NCBI GenBank assembly: GCA_050273025.1
Contig: CP158635.1
Location: 62,001 to 126,000 of the forward strand
DNA: 64,000 nt
Direction of reading: 5' to 3'
Origin: Cenococcum geophilum
Taxonomy: Eukaryota
This document shows, piece after piece, positions 42,621 through 55,981 of the stretch. The position numbers and the translations under genes were made by a program. Under the pieces are notes generated by a model. It did not search any database. It was not told where the DNA came from and worked only from the letters and a program-made list of their open reading frames with translations. How positions within the stretch are numbered: the first letter of the stretch is position 1; every line of letters begins with the position of its first letter.

Positions 42621-45600
42621 TTACCTAGTCTCCTATTATAAAATAATCAAAATAATACGTAAATTCTATACTTAGCTAAGTTATTACCTTTTTATATAAG
42701 TAGCCTAGGTAGGGTTTACAAAGTTTAATAAACTAATAATTTAGTTTAGTTCTTAAATCTTAAAGATTATAACTATATAAGACTTATACTACCTAAGGCA
42801 ATCTACTACAAAATACCGCTAAACTTAGTATTCTGCGTATTCACTAGAACTTCTTAATTTACCTTGCTATTAATAAGCATTAAATGACAGCAATTTGCCT
42901 ACTAGTATTACTTAACTTTAATATCCACTTCCCCTAACTCTTTACCTCTACTACCTTAACTAACTCTCGCACGGCACCTCTACGCGATATTAATTAGTTT
43001 AACCGCTAATTGCTGCTTTAAGCTGTAACTTACGCCCTAAAACTGCGGCAATCTGCCCGGTTAATTAATTCTTATAATTAGTTTGTCTTACCTACCTACT
43101 TTAGACTTACACCTTTACTAAACACTAATTAGATTCTTCCGCCCTTATATAGCAACGCTCTACTTCTCCTTTATTCTATCTCGGTATCTTTATATATTAC
43201 TATAAAGAACTTAAATATTATAAATAGATGGAAAATTAATGCTCGTCGCCTTAAGGAAATTAAGAAGATAATCTTAGATAGTATAATAGAGGCTAGGCTT
43301 AATAAAGTCGTGTTTTATACTGCTAAAGATAAAATACTACGCGATAACTTTATTTAAAAGGTTCTTAGCAACTTACCTAAGAGGGAAGGTGTTTTAAAGA
43401 GCTGGTCTAAAGATACTATTATTACTTTAATGGTATCTTAGAGAACTAATGCTATAAAACGGTAAAATAAGTTAGAACTTAGAAGTTAGACTTAAACTAA
43501 ATTCAAACCTATAATAACGCTAGCGCCTACATTTACTCCTAAGTAAATCTCGGAATTACTAGGCCCTACATTATTAGGTAAGCCGCTTTTACTTAAAAAT
43601 ATAACCTTCTAATTGTAAAGAATAAACTTAACCACCTAAAACACCATAGAGCTTTATACGATTTATAATATTATAGAAGCTAACACAGAAACCCTAATAA
43701 TTAAAGAAATTAGTTTCTCGCTATTTTAAGAGATTATAGCATTAGTAGGGTTTAACTTAGACAAAGATTAAATTATATAGGTCGATATTAAATCCCATAA
43801 GGAGGCTTATATTACCTAGTAAGGGGCATTATAAGTCGTATTTTAGCGATGCATACTATACTATAGAAGTAAAGTAAAATTTATACTTAAGAGTACCGAT
43901 TATAAGTTCTTTTAATAACATCTAGCTATTTATATACTAATAATTACAGCTAAGCATTTAATTATAGAAATATTATACTAAATACCGCGTAAGTAAAGCA
44001 TAAACCCTCCTAGTATTACCAATACCCTAATTCGCTAGTCTTTACGCGGTAAGCCTATATATAAGAAACGGCGGAAGACTACGTCTAAGCAGACCCGCAA
44101 GTACTTAGAGTACTTAGATAATAAGTTCATTAATAAAGACACTAAAAGTAAGAGCGATGCTTTATTAACCTTATTAACGTACAGCAGCATTCTAAGTTTC
44201 TTAGGTTAGAAGAAACGTAGTTATAAAAGGAAGTAACCTGCTAGAGTATCTAAAGGCAAATTACGGCAAGCTACTAAGGACGGCCGTAGTAGTCTAGCTA
44301 TTTAGCCTATAAGGGGTCCTAACAGTATAGAGGAGAACGAAGACAATTATAATGCTCTCTAAAGCGCAACCGCTTTAGATCCTAAACTAGCTTAACTATA
44401 GGTTATAACTATAGATGATCTAACTAGTAATATTATACAAATTTCTACAGAAGATAATAACCTAGAAGAAGAGGCTTTTAAAGATATAATAAACGAAGCT
44501 AATAGGGAGATAGAGGCAGCTAATTGTATTAAGTAAAGGTATAGGCATATAAGCATATAGAGTACATCTTAAATTAGACTAACGTTAGCTTTTTTTAGAT
44601 TTTAAGAAGCCGCTACAGCAAAAGTAGGCGGTAAGGTTAAGAAAATAGAGCAGTAGATATATAAACGCTTAGCTAAGGTATATGGGGTTTCTAAGGGGGC
44701 CCTTTTAGGGAATAATATAGTCCCCGTTCCCTATAGATAGGGTTTTAATTTAAAGTTTAGAGCGTTCCTATACTAGCTATATAGTGTATCTAAGATATTC
44801 TACTAGAAATGTATAAAGCTAAATAATAGGGTTTTTATAGACGGTATAGGGACCGGTAAAATAGTAACCGTATACTTAACTATTGTCCTTAACTACTACT
44901 ATGCTATAAACCTAGATAAAGTAGCTACTATTTAAGCGGCTTAAAATGCTATTTAATATCTACCAAAGGGCTATTAAGCTAGCAGCGCTAAGTGTCCTAG
45001 CTAGGATTAAGTGCCTCTACTATACTTATATATAAATTATAACGCTATATCTACAATATATAAATAGTATAGTGCTAGCCTAGTTATTACAGTTCTATAT
45101 ATTATTACTACCTAAAGAGATAATTATATCTTATTATTTAAAGATTTACCACTCGTAATGTAAGCGTAGGCACCGCTAAGAGTTGTAATATACTATTTAA
45201 TAGTGGATGTTTCTCCGGGTATAGAGCAGCTAACTTTAAATAAGTGGCTAAAAATAGGAACGTTAGGAAACTAGACCGCCTATAATACTTTAAATACTTA
45301 TTAGGCTCTTATAGATAAAGCAAAAACCCCTTACCTATAGTTCTCTAATAGTGTCCTACTACTTAGAAAGGGCAATTCTTTAGTTAGTACCCCGGCCGCC
45401 TTAGTAATAAGATTTATTATAATTATAATATTTAAATGCCTAAAACAGCGTATTATTAACAACTTTATAATTACTAAAAGTGTTTACCGCTTCTTATTTA
45501 GCGGTAAGCAAGAAGATAAAGGTTAGCAGTTAGTTAAGACTACGTTTTTTAGTAGGGTTTTATAGGATAAGTTTTATAACAAGAAGAATAAAAAGACTAT

Positions 45601-46231
45601 AGTTAACCAATTTCTTTATTTCTATAAAAGTACTATACTAAAACGCCTTAAATTCTTTATCTAGGCTATATTAGGGACTCTAATAGAGAATAGTGTTATA
45701 GATATATGTTTGTTTATTATAAGTGGCCTTTTAGATCTAGATTAGGCAAGCGCCTAAGACAATAACATTTTTAAAAAATACACGTCCGTCAAAGTTAAAA
45801 AAAATAGTAAAGCTATAGAGTTATTTTTTAAAATAAGGAAAGAGTAACCCTAAAGGGGTCTTATAGTCTACGGTATATAAAGAATTAGTTTAAGTTGGCG
45901 GAGAAATACTTATAAACTTTAAAATTCGCTATACCTTAAATACTATTAGCTTTAATAGAAAAAAATTAAAAGTTATTTTAGGCGCGCTCTAAACTTACTA
46001 CCTAAACTATAAGTATAGAACTGTAGAAATTGAATTACTATAGGGCATAGAGAGTGCAATGACGTTAGAAATAGAAGAGGTATTTTAGTAGAAAATGGTT
46101 AAATAAAAAGAAGATGGTTCTCTTAAGGGGAACTAATCAGTATAAATAGCCGGTACCTCCTTAAGCACCTACTTTACGTGCCGTATTATAGTAATAATGC
46201 CTAAGTTACTTTTATGGAAGGATAGATATAA

Positions 46232-48384
46232 TGTAACCGACTACCGACACTGTGCTGAGACACAAGATTACCGCTTGGAAGGATCCAAGACTGCGTCAAC
46301 GCCACCCTATATATTGATTGCAGATCAATATTGCTTGCAGATCACTGTTCCCATTTCAGTTGCCTATCACCTTTTTATGTCTTATTTCCTCCACCTTCTT
46401 CGTGTATATATAGAGGCTTTAGAGCTGCATTTACAATTAAGTCGTTTACTCTTTCCTACACACTGCAAAGCTTATAGTTATAAGCCCGGATCGCACTGCC
46501 TGCTAAGCAATTACCTAAATCGCACTACCTGTTGCACTATCTTAATCTACTACCTTATTTAAGAAGTCACTACTTCTACCACCTTTACAAGTGTATTGAG
46601 CTTCTTCCAGGTACCTCTCTTGTACTTATAATTACCCTTAAATATTAAACGAACGGATAATTAACGCTAACGGACAATTAACGCTGACGGACGAACAAAC
46701 TAATGAATTAAATTAAAGCTTCGGAACGTTAAAATAAGGTTCTACTAAGACGCCAATTAGACCCTGCCTAACCTATTAAAATCCTAAAAATAACAACCAC
46801 AAATGAATTAAAAGTTAATCTCATCCTTAACGAGCCATCTAATTGGATCCTATAGTTCTTTATTATTTAAGATATAGCCAAAACGAATAAGATATGGCGA
46901 TATATTGACCCGTCCAAGAAGAAAGATAAGCTTCCAACGCTAGAACTACTGAAACGGCCTACACCAACGGACGTACGACCTATGGCTATATTAATAACCC
47001 AGCTAGAACAAGACCAATTCGCTATCTATAACTAGCTCTATTCCGAATACAAAGACGATCTCCGTATACACGAGAAGCGAGAATAGGCTATCAATAATAT
47101 CAGCAACTATATCGTTCGCTCGATGTTAGTAGCCTACCTTCCCCTTATTAACGGCCTAGATTCGGTCTACGAACGGCTTAAAGCACTTAAGAAAGCGCTT
47201 ACCCCTACCACCTTAGGTTAAAAGCACGACGTCCTTAATTAATACACGGCTTTAAAAGCCTATAATATAACACAGAGTATTAATAAATGGTTAAGCAGCT
47301 GGCGGAACATCTATAAACTTGCTAAGCAATTAGACCTACCAGACGTGCAAAGCTTTAGGCCTTACTACGACTTCGTTCAAGCAATTAAGCCTATCTCTTC
47401 TAGCTTCGTAGGAGCTCTAGAAGTAGACCTTATTCGCAAGGAACGCAAGGGTAAAGTAGCCCTATCTATTATTGATCTTATTAAGGAATTTAAGGAGCAC
47501 TATTATATGCAGCAACAAGCGTCTCCTACCACTACTGCTAACTACTCTGCATTTGCAACATTTTAAAATAATTCCCCTGTCTTACTAATAAAGATATGCC
47601 TCTGTAGTAAAGAACACCTATTTTAGAAATGCCAATATCTAATTAAGAGCCTAAGACCCTATGGGTGGGTACCTAATAAGAAAATATAACAACGAATTAA
47701 TAAAAAGCTTATAAAATATAAGAGACTTGCTGTTGCTATTAAGAGAGCATAAAAGGAGGCTTCCTAGAGGATGCCTACTACCACTATTAATGATTAGATT
47801 ATTGAGATCTGATTTCCTCTTTAAATACAGTCTCCTAAGAGGCTAGAGAGGACACCTCTTTAAATATAGTCTCCTAAGAGGCTAGAGAGGACATATCGTT
47901 AAACATAGTCTTCTAAGAGGCTGGAGAAGATACCTTTTAAATATAGTCTCCTAAGAGGCTATGGAGGATATCTCTTTAAACACAGCTCTATATCCAGAGA
48001 TATAAAGCTAGGAATAACCATCTTACCCTATTCCTTTGCTACTCCTAATTTGTATCCAAATTTCCTATTTTTTGATATAGTCTCCACCTTCATTTTTATT
48101 TTCTATAGCTTTAACTACACCGTTAAATCTGGGGGGGTGTATAACCGACTACCGACACTGTGCTAAGACATAAGATTACCGCTTGGAAGGATCTAAGACT
48201 GCGTCAACGCCACCCTATATATTGATTGCAGATCAATATTGCTTGCAGATCACTATTCCCATTTTAGTTGCCTATCACCTTTTTATATCTTATTTCCTCC
48301 ACCTTCTTCGTGTATATATAGAGGCTTTAGAGCTACATTTACAATTAAGTCGTTTACTCTTTCCTACATACTGCAAAGCTTACA
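46232..48384 (+). mobile_element. Gag-only non-autonomous Copia-type LTR element, 2153 bp
   Basis: 245-bp LTRs at 46232-46476 and 48140-48384; TSD TATAA; gttat(g)agccc primer-site motif; PPT ggggggg; gag ~46790-47810 (ILNEPSNW..WF..I...A....IWRYIDP; CLC.KEH...C); no pol. Confidence 0.88.
47817..47985. repeat. ~39-bp tandem repeat, about 4 copies, inside the gag-only element
   Basis: ctctttaaatacagtctcctaagaggctagagaggacac repeated. Confidence 0.85.
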
Positions 48385-49139
48385 TATAATAAGGATCTGC
48401 TAAATAACGACAAAATTAATATATAAGCGAAATTTCACGCAAAATTAATTAAATCTCCTATTAGAAGCATCTTAGATAAAAATAAGAAGGAAATTCTTTA
48501 CGGTAACACAAAATTTAAGGCGCTTTTAGTTATCTATAAAGAAGTTATATAATTAAAAAACGTCGGGGGGTATTATAGTAAGGTTATTATTGGCACTGAT
48601 TTTCTAACTATTAGGGCAGTATATATAGCAGTAAGTAATAAAACACTCTATTTTTTTACCTTTTAATAGTAGCTTGCTTAACTGGAACTCTAAGCTAATA
48701 CTTATTTTAGGCCTTGGTTACTAAATATAGCGAGGACGCTGTTATATATCTCCCTGGAGGAATATTGCTAAAGTAAAAAAACTATATTATCTATAACTTA
48801 TAGAAGCAGCTAAGTGGACTATAGATTCTTTTATTACCTCTAAAGGCTATTATAGAGGGTATTACCCTTAATAAGGTATACTTTATTATGCTTATAGAGC
48901 TTAATCTATTCTTTAGTAAATAGGAATAGTTTATATACCACATTTACTAAATTAGCTAAAAAAAACCCTCTTATAATAGCATATATTTTGTATAACACGG
49001 CTTCCTGTATTAAGGTTAAAATTCTAAATAAGTATAAGTTTAAAAAGACCGCCGCGGATAAGATATTAGATGTAGATATAAATAAGCCAGGGAGTTTAAA
49101 GGAGTAGCTAGTAGAAGTGCTCTAGCGAGGTATTTTTAA

Positions 49140-49930
49140 TATTTTAGCACAGAATTAGGTAATATGCTAGGCAATTTGCCGCAAAGTTTTATCTTATAAA
49201 AGAAGTATACTAGGCTATTATTTTAAGAATTGGGAAATATAGTAGGCAATATACCGCAGTCTTATAGCTAATGGAATGCATATGCTAGGGGTTTTTTTTA
49301 GTGGAATAAGTAATGTTTCTTAGTAATATACTACAGTCTTACAGTTAATAGAAGGCATATTAGGTTATTTTTTATAAAATAGGGCGATATATCGGTAATA
49401 TGCCGAAATTCTTCTATTAATAAGATAAGTTTACTATCTTACTATTTAAGGAGCTAGGTAACGAGCGACCGGATATATTATAGTGCTCTATTAATAGGCG
49501 ATAACTACTAGCTTACTATTTAAGGACCTAAGTAATACGCTAGGCGATATGTTATAATGCTTTATTAATATAATAAGTCTACTAGCTTGCGACGTAGGAA
49601 CTAGGCAAATACGAGCTAATATATTAGAATATTTTACTAATAATAGGCGTCGCTTACCAGCTTGCAATTTAAAGAATTGGGCAATATACCTAGCAATATA
49701 CTGTAACTTCATGCTTAGTAATAGAAGTCTACTAGCTTACCGCTTAAAGAACTGGGCATATACTAGGTAATATACAGCAATTTCGCGCTTAATAATAGAA
49801 GTTTACTGGCTTGCCGCTTAAGGAACTAGGCGATATGCTAGGCAATATACGGCAATTCTATACCTAATAATTGGAGTATACTAGGTAATATATAGCAATT
49901 TCGTATTTAATAAGAGAGCTCTACTAGCTT
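49140..49930. repeat. 75-bp tandem repeat array downstream of SNF2 copy 2; subterminal to the Plavaka right end
   Basis: Same unit as 39350-40510 with fewer copies. Confidence 0.85.
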
Positions 49931-49987
49931 ACCCCTACGGTTATACTTCCTATACATTAGTTATAGTAGCTAGTTATAGCGGCTAGG

Positions 49988-50203
49988 CATTAGGATTTTT
50001 TTTAGGCACGTTGTTACAGCTAAAAGTTAGGGTCTGCTTAACTTAGCAATTTATAGCGATTTACTACAAATACGCAGGCTACCCATATATGTTTATAGCA
50101 AATCGCTATAAATCACCGCAAATCGCCAAAATCGCGACTTAAGCGAGTTAAGCAGACCCCAATTTTTAACTGCAATAACGTGCCTAAAATTTTTTTCCTA
50201 ATA
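49988..50203. repeat. Palindromic right terminus of the Plavaka element (TIR in both orientations)
   Basis: cattaggatttttttt aggcacgttgttacagctaaaagttagggtctgcttaac pairs with gttaagcagaccccaatttttaactgcaataacgtgcctaaaatttttttcctaata. Confidence 0.88.
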
Positions 50204-50205
50204 CT

Positions 50206-52677
50206 AAGTGTAACTATAAAGTATATAATAAAGAAATACTAGTTATTATTTAATTACTCTCTTAATAGCGTGTAGAGCTTAAAGGTATAAACTCCTGGAT
50301 TAAGATATATATAGATTATAAAGCCCTAGAGTACTTTATAACTATAAAGTAGCTTACTAAATAATAAGCCTAGTGGGTTAAAATACTCTTCTAACTCTTC
50401 TTTATAATTATATATCGTTCTAGTAAGTAAAACTTTAAGGCTAATACTCTAACTCAAAGAGAATAAGATATAGAACCTTAGGATAAGCTAAAGACCTAAT
50501 ATTAGACGCGCGCCCTCCTTTATTTAGAATAGCTTAACCTATAGATTTTTAAGGAGCTAAACTCCTAGTAAAACGAGCTAGCACTAATAGAGGAGTTTTT
50601 AAATAAGCTAATAGGGCTAATTAACCGCCTCCTAACTATAAACCGCACGGCTAACTCCCTAAGGGCTTTCTGCAAATAAGCCATAAAAAAAGACTCCAAT
50701 TTTAAGACGGAGGAAGGATTGCTCCTATACTAGGAGCGGCTTATAGTCCCTAACGTTAACAATTTATAAACTAAACTAATCTGTAAAGCTTATTGCTAAG
50801 TCTTTATAGTATACCCTGGTAAGAATAAGACCTATAAAATTATTAACTACCGCTACTATTAGCTAAAAATAGTTGTGGATATTATTTAATATATATAGAA
50901 CTGCAAAGACTGCTAAAGAGCTATAATCCTATAGGATAAGACCTTAGGACTACTTAAGCCACTCCTAATATTAAAGCGCCTTTAGTAGTATATTTTTATA
51001 GACTTCTATAAACTACTTAGGGACCGTAACGGATATAATATAGTTATAGTTATAGTTAACCGCTTTAGTAAACGCCCGTTTTTAATTCCCTATTATAAAA
51101 ATATTAATACTAAAGAGGTAGTCCGACTATATATCTATTACGTCTACTAAATCTATAGACTACTAGATACTATTATATCTAATTATAGGCTATAGTTTAT
51201 ATTGGCCTTCTAAAATAAGTTTACCTAGATTCTAGGCATTAAGCTAAAGCTTTTTACGGCTTATTACCCCTAAACAGATGCTTAGATAAAGATTATAAAT
51301 TAGTACCTAGACTAAAGGCTTAGGCCCTTTATTAACTATTTTTAGAACAACTAGTTTAAACTACTACCCTTAATAAACTACGCGCAAGCAACCCTACCCT
51401 ATAACTCTATAGGATTTGCCCTAATTTAGCTAGAAATAGGATACTTACCCTATATAAGCTTTAACTAGAAAAGGCTAAAAGAACCTTAGACTATATAAGA
51501 GAAGCTATTTTATACTAAGGCCTAATAGTACGCTAAACAATTAGAGGAAGCTTAGATGGTAGCCTATAAGAACCTAAAAAAAGCTTAGAGGTTAATAGAA
51601 CAGCAGGCAAACAAACACTGTTAAAAGCCCGATTTTGCCCCTAGTAATATAGTTTAGGTTATAATATAGAATTAAAAGACTAAACAACCTAGCTATAAGC
51701 TAGAGTACTAAATAGCAGGACTATATAAGGGTTTTAAGAAGATAGGTAACTTATATAAGATAAAGCTCCTAAATTTAATTAGGGTTTACCCTGTTTTCTT
51801 ACTAAATAAGTTACGAAAAGCTATAAACAACTTATTGCCTAGATAAAAAAACAAGCCTCCCCTACTAGTTTAAGTAAATAGTAATAATAAGTAGAAGGTT
51901 AACAAAATATTAGCCTATAAGATAGTACGGGGAATGCTAAAATACCGTATTTAATAGAAGGGCTATAATCCTAACCCAACCTAGTACCCTACGTAGAACT
52001 TTATAGACTACCCCTAAAAGCTTAAAGAATTTTATAACTAATACCCTAATACGCCTAAACCCCTAAAGTACCTAGATAAATAGATGGAATGCTAATATAA
52101 TAAAGATAATAAGTTATCGGAAGAATATAGGAACAAAAACGCCCTAAAGCCCTAATACAGCTATCTGCTAAATTCTACTATATTCTGCTATTTTCTACCA
52201 GTACTATAAAATTTCAGATATTTAGGAACTTTAACCGCCGGTTAAAGTTGTCTAATTGGTCAGATCTGTGCTAAGACTTTTAATAGCTACTCTTTCTAGC
52301 CTAGTGCTTTTACTTAGCCCATAATTGCCCTTTATACTTAGTCTAGACGTACTTATATCCCCTTTATCTCCTTATCTTATATTTTATAATCCTATATTTA
52401 TAAGCCTAGTACTACCCTATTTCTAACTAAGCCTAAAGGTAGGCTTTCTTTTAAAAAGGGGGGTAATATAACGGCGCTATCGCATATTACCTACTAAATT
52501 CCGCTATATTTTGCCAACCTATAATTAGCCCGCCCAAAGCTAGCGCCTTAGCGGCTTATCCTATATATTTGTTTACATCGGTCCTAGCGACCCCTTTTCC
52601 TTCTCTTTAGCTTAGTATCTTTGTAATATAGTATTTGTTTAAGCTTTAGTTCTAAGGCATTTATTTAAGCCGTAATA
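50206..52677 (+). mobile_element. Gypsy A, 3' half: RNase H, integrase, chromodomain, PPT, 3' LTR 52467-52677
   Basis: Resumes ECNYEVHDKEMLAII; integrase and chromodomain motifs (WKGYDPDPTWYP); the two halves sum to ~6185 bp, matching the intact copy (6183 bp). Confidence 0.92.
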
Positions 52678-52682
52678 ATACC

Positions 52683-55600
52683 TATAGGGCATTTTTATCT
52701 TTATACTCTTCTGGTAATTTATCGTCTTTATTATGCTAGCACTCTATCTACTTATCTAAGTACTTTAGCGGTCTAGGTTTGTTAGGGTAGCGGCTATAGA
52801 ACTTTTATAACTTATAGGGACTACCTATAAAATTCTATATAGGGTACTAGGTAGGGTCCGGATTATATCCTTTCTAACTTACGTAGTACTTTAGTATTCC
52901 TCTTACAAGTCTATAGGCTAGTATTTCTTTAACTTCCTATTTATTATTACTATTAACTTAAATTAGTAGGGGTAGTTTGTTCTTTTATCTAGGTAATAAG
53001 TTATTTATAGCTTTATATAGCTTATCTAGTAAGAAAATAGGGTAGACCTTAATTAAATCCAGGAGCTTTACTTTATATAAATTGCCTATTTTCTTAAGGA
53101 CCTTATACGGTCCTACTATTTAGTAGTCTAGCTTATAGCTAGGCTATTCTATCTTCTAGTTCTTTATTATAACCTAGACTATATCGCCTATAGTAAAGTT
53201 AGGCTCGCGCCTATACTTATTTGCCTACTACTTTATTAATTTCTAGGCCTTTTTTAGATTTATATAGGCTACCTTCTAGGCTTCTTTTAAATGTTTAGTA
53301 TAATGCTAGGCTTCCTTATAAAATAGTTTTTCGCGTATAGTCTATAGCCCTTCTATTATTTCTTAGTCAAAGCTTATATAGGGTAAGTACCCTATTTCTA
53401 GCTAGATAGGTATAAATCCTATAGAGTTATAGGGTAGGGTAGCCTAGGCGTAGTTTATTAGGGGTAGCAGTTTAGCCTAATTGTCCTAAAAGTAGTTAAT
53501 AAAGGGTTAAAGTCTCTAGTCTAAATTCTAATTTATAATCTCCATCTGGCTATTTATCTAGGGGTAATATACTATAGAGAGCTTTAGCCTAATACCTAAG
53601 ATTTAGGTAAACTCATTCTAGAAGGCTAATATAAACTATAGCCTATAATCGGATATAATAGTATCTAGCGGTCCGTAAATTTGGTAGATATAGTAGATAT
53701 ATAATTAGGCCGCCTCTTTAATATCAATATTCTTATAATAAGGGATCGAGAATAGGCGCTTACTAAAGCGGTTAACTATAACTATAGCTATATTATATCT
53801 ATTACGGTCTATAGGTAGCTTATAAAAATCTATAGAGATATACTATTAGGGGCGCTCTAGTATTAGGAGTGGTTTTAATAGTCCTAGGGTTTTATCCCGT
53901 AGAATTATAGACCTATAGTAGTTATTATAGTTTTATATATAGCGATTAATATCTATAACTATTCTAGGCTAGTAGTAATAGTTGCCAATAATCTTATAGG
54001 TCTTATTTTTTCTAGGGTAGGCTATAGAGATCTAAGTATGCGCTTTAGCAATAAGTTAAGTCTATAAGTTCTATTCCTTAGCTACTACTAGCCGTTCCTT
54101 ATACTTTAGTAGTCCGTTTTTAAGAAACTATAGGCTAGTAACGCCCTTTACCTTTTTATAGTACTTTTATAATAAAGGGGCCGTATAATTTACTTATAGT
54201 AGCTTATTAATAAGGTTAAGTTCCATAGTATTAATAGGGTATATCTTAGCCTTTATAGGGTTTATATTTAGTTCTACCTATATTTAGGGGTTAAGGTGCT
54301 CTAGTTATAGTAGTATCTAGGTCTATAATATAATCTTTACGGCTATCTAGTTATCTAGGTCTTGTTTACGCCTTATAAGGGTATCTATACAGTTAGTTAC
54401 GCCTAGCCTATATATAATTAAGAAGTTAAACTAGGATAGAATATCTACCTAGCGTACCTGCTAGGCTATAAGGGCTTTAGTTATTATAAAGTATTCTAAG
54501 GCCTTATAATTTAAAACTACCTAAATAGGTATAGGAGTCCCCTTTAGCTATATACACTAGTGCTAAAGGCTAGAAATAATAGCCAGCATCTCTTTATTAT
54601 AGATATAGTAATTTAGCTTAATATCTATTATAGTCTTTAAATAGTATATAATAGGATGCCATTCTCTATCTAGCTGTTTCTAGGAATAGATAGCAGCTAT
54701 TATACTATTTAAAGCATCTGTTTCTAATATTAAGGGCCGTTTTAAGTAGAAATAGGCTAATAGCGGAGTAGAGACCAGCCGCTTTTTAAGTTCGTTAAAG
54801 GCCTTTTTATATATAGTATTAAAATAAAAAGGTTAGTTCTTTCTAGTAAGATAGTTTAGAGGCTAAGTAACCTTGCTATAGTCTCTAATAAAGTATTAGT
54901 AGAAGTTATAGAAACCTAGGAATAACTATACCCCCTTTATAGTCCTTAGGGGTTCCTATTAGTTAATTATAGCCATTTTTTCTAGGTCTGCCTTAATTCT
55001 ATCTATACTAATAATAAACCCTAAGTATTTAGTGCGCTTAATACTAAATTCTAACTTCCTAATATTAGCCTAGAGATTAGCTTCGCGGAGCCATTATAGG
55101 ACTTTATAGATATATTCCTTATATTCCAGTTTATTCTTAGAGTAAATTATAATATTATCTAGGTATACTATATAGAAGTCGTTAAGGTAGTTAAAGAGCA
55201 CGTTATTTATATACCACTAGTATATTGCTAGTCCGTTAGTCAGTCTAAAAGGTAGTACTTTATATTTATATAATTTATAGCGGGTCTAAAATATAGTAAG
55301 ATCCTTAGATCTAGGGTTTATCTTAATTTAGTAAAAGGCCTAGCGGATATTAAGCTTTATAAAAATCTTAGTCTTACTTATATAGGCTAGTATTTCCTTA
55401 AGTAAGGGCAGCGGATATTAGTCTTTGCGGGTTATATAGTTTAGTTTATAGTAGTTAATATAGAAATAGAGTCCGCTGTTAGGCTTTTTTATAAAGAGAA
55501 TAGGTATAGTAAAGGGGACTTAGCTAGGCTTAATAAAGCCCTTATTAAGGTTATTAATAAGGTACTACTTAGTGGCCTATAGTTCGTTAGTAGATTGCTA

Positions 55601-55981
55601 GTAGAGGGGGCTATAGCTAAAGGTGTTTTCTTTATCTAGCTTAATTTTAATCTTATAGTTATACGGTTAGTAAGGTAGGAGTATATTAAATACTACCTTA
55701 GAGAATACATCCTTAAATTCCTAGTATTAGTAGAGTAGTTTCTATTCTACCAGCTCCTTATCTATAAGCTTACTTTCCCTACTAAGCTAGTTATAGGCTA
55801 GGGCTTCCTTATCTTTAATTATCCGATTAATTTTATATAAGCTAGTTATAAAGGGGATAGTATTAGGCTGTATTAAGTTCTAGTAGAATCCTATAGCGCT
55901 AATACAGTAAATATTAACTAGTGGGAGGTTTATAGGTTTCTTTACAGGCATTCCATAGACTATATTCTATAGTTAAGGGTT
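52683..55981 (-). mobile_element. Gypsy B pol (RT, RNase H, integrase, chromodomain), interrupted at 55981 by Gypsy C
   Basis: Reverse-strand RT (YLDD-type motif ~55155), ETDAS, integrase and chromodomain motifs; joins 15279-15332 across the Gypsy A TSD. Confidence 0.85.

Larger units (their letters stand above)
43202..49125 (+). pseudogene. SNF2-family helicase/ATPase, copy 2, full motif set, interrupted by a gag-only Copia
   Basis: DGMGTGK (44840-44860), RVLWDEFHNEKN (45566), WAMSGTPMENG, HELICc KAITEGITLNKA..MLMEP...QEQF..RIHRIGQ (~48840-48960) after RIP correction; colinear with copy 1. Confidence 0.85.
19046..50203. mobile_element. Giant Plavaka (CACTA/CMC-like) DNA transposon, 31,158 bp including nested TEs (~21 kb net)
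   Basis: Splits Gypsy A RNase H (DPA|ECNY); the intact sister copy at ~35620-35650 shows the empty site. CT duplicated at 19044-45 and 50204-05. Imperfect TIRs: tatcaggatttttttt..gttgttgcag and ctgcaataacgtgcc..ttcctaata. Internal Plavaka transposase. Confidence 0.88.

Noticed and set aside
46197..46562. Repeated small ORF (also 48183-48389 and 59646-60017)
   Set aside because: Lies across the Copia LTR/primer site, so its recurrence reflects LTR homology; no shared ATG start and no recognisable domain
19046..50203. Starship element
   Set aside because: No tyrosine-recombinase (DUF3435) captain recognised at either end; TIRs, a short TSD and a Plavaka transposase point to a DDE element
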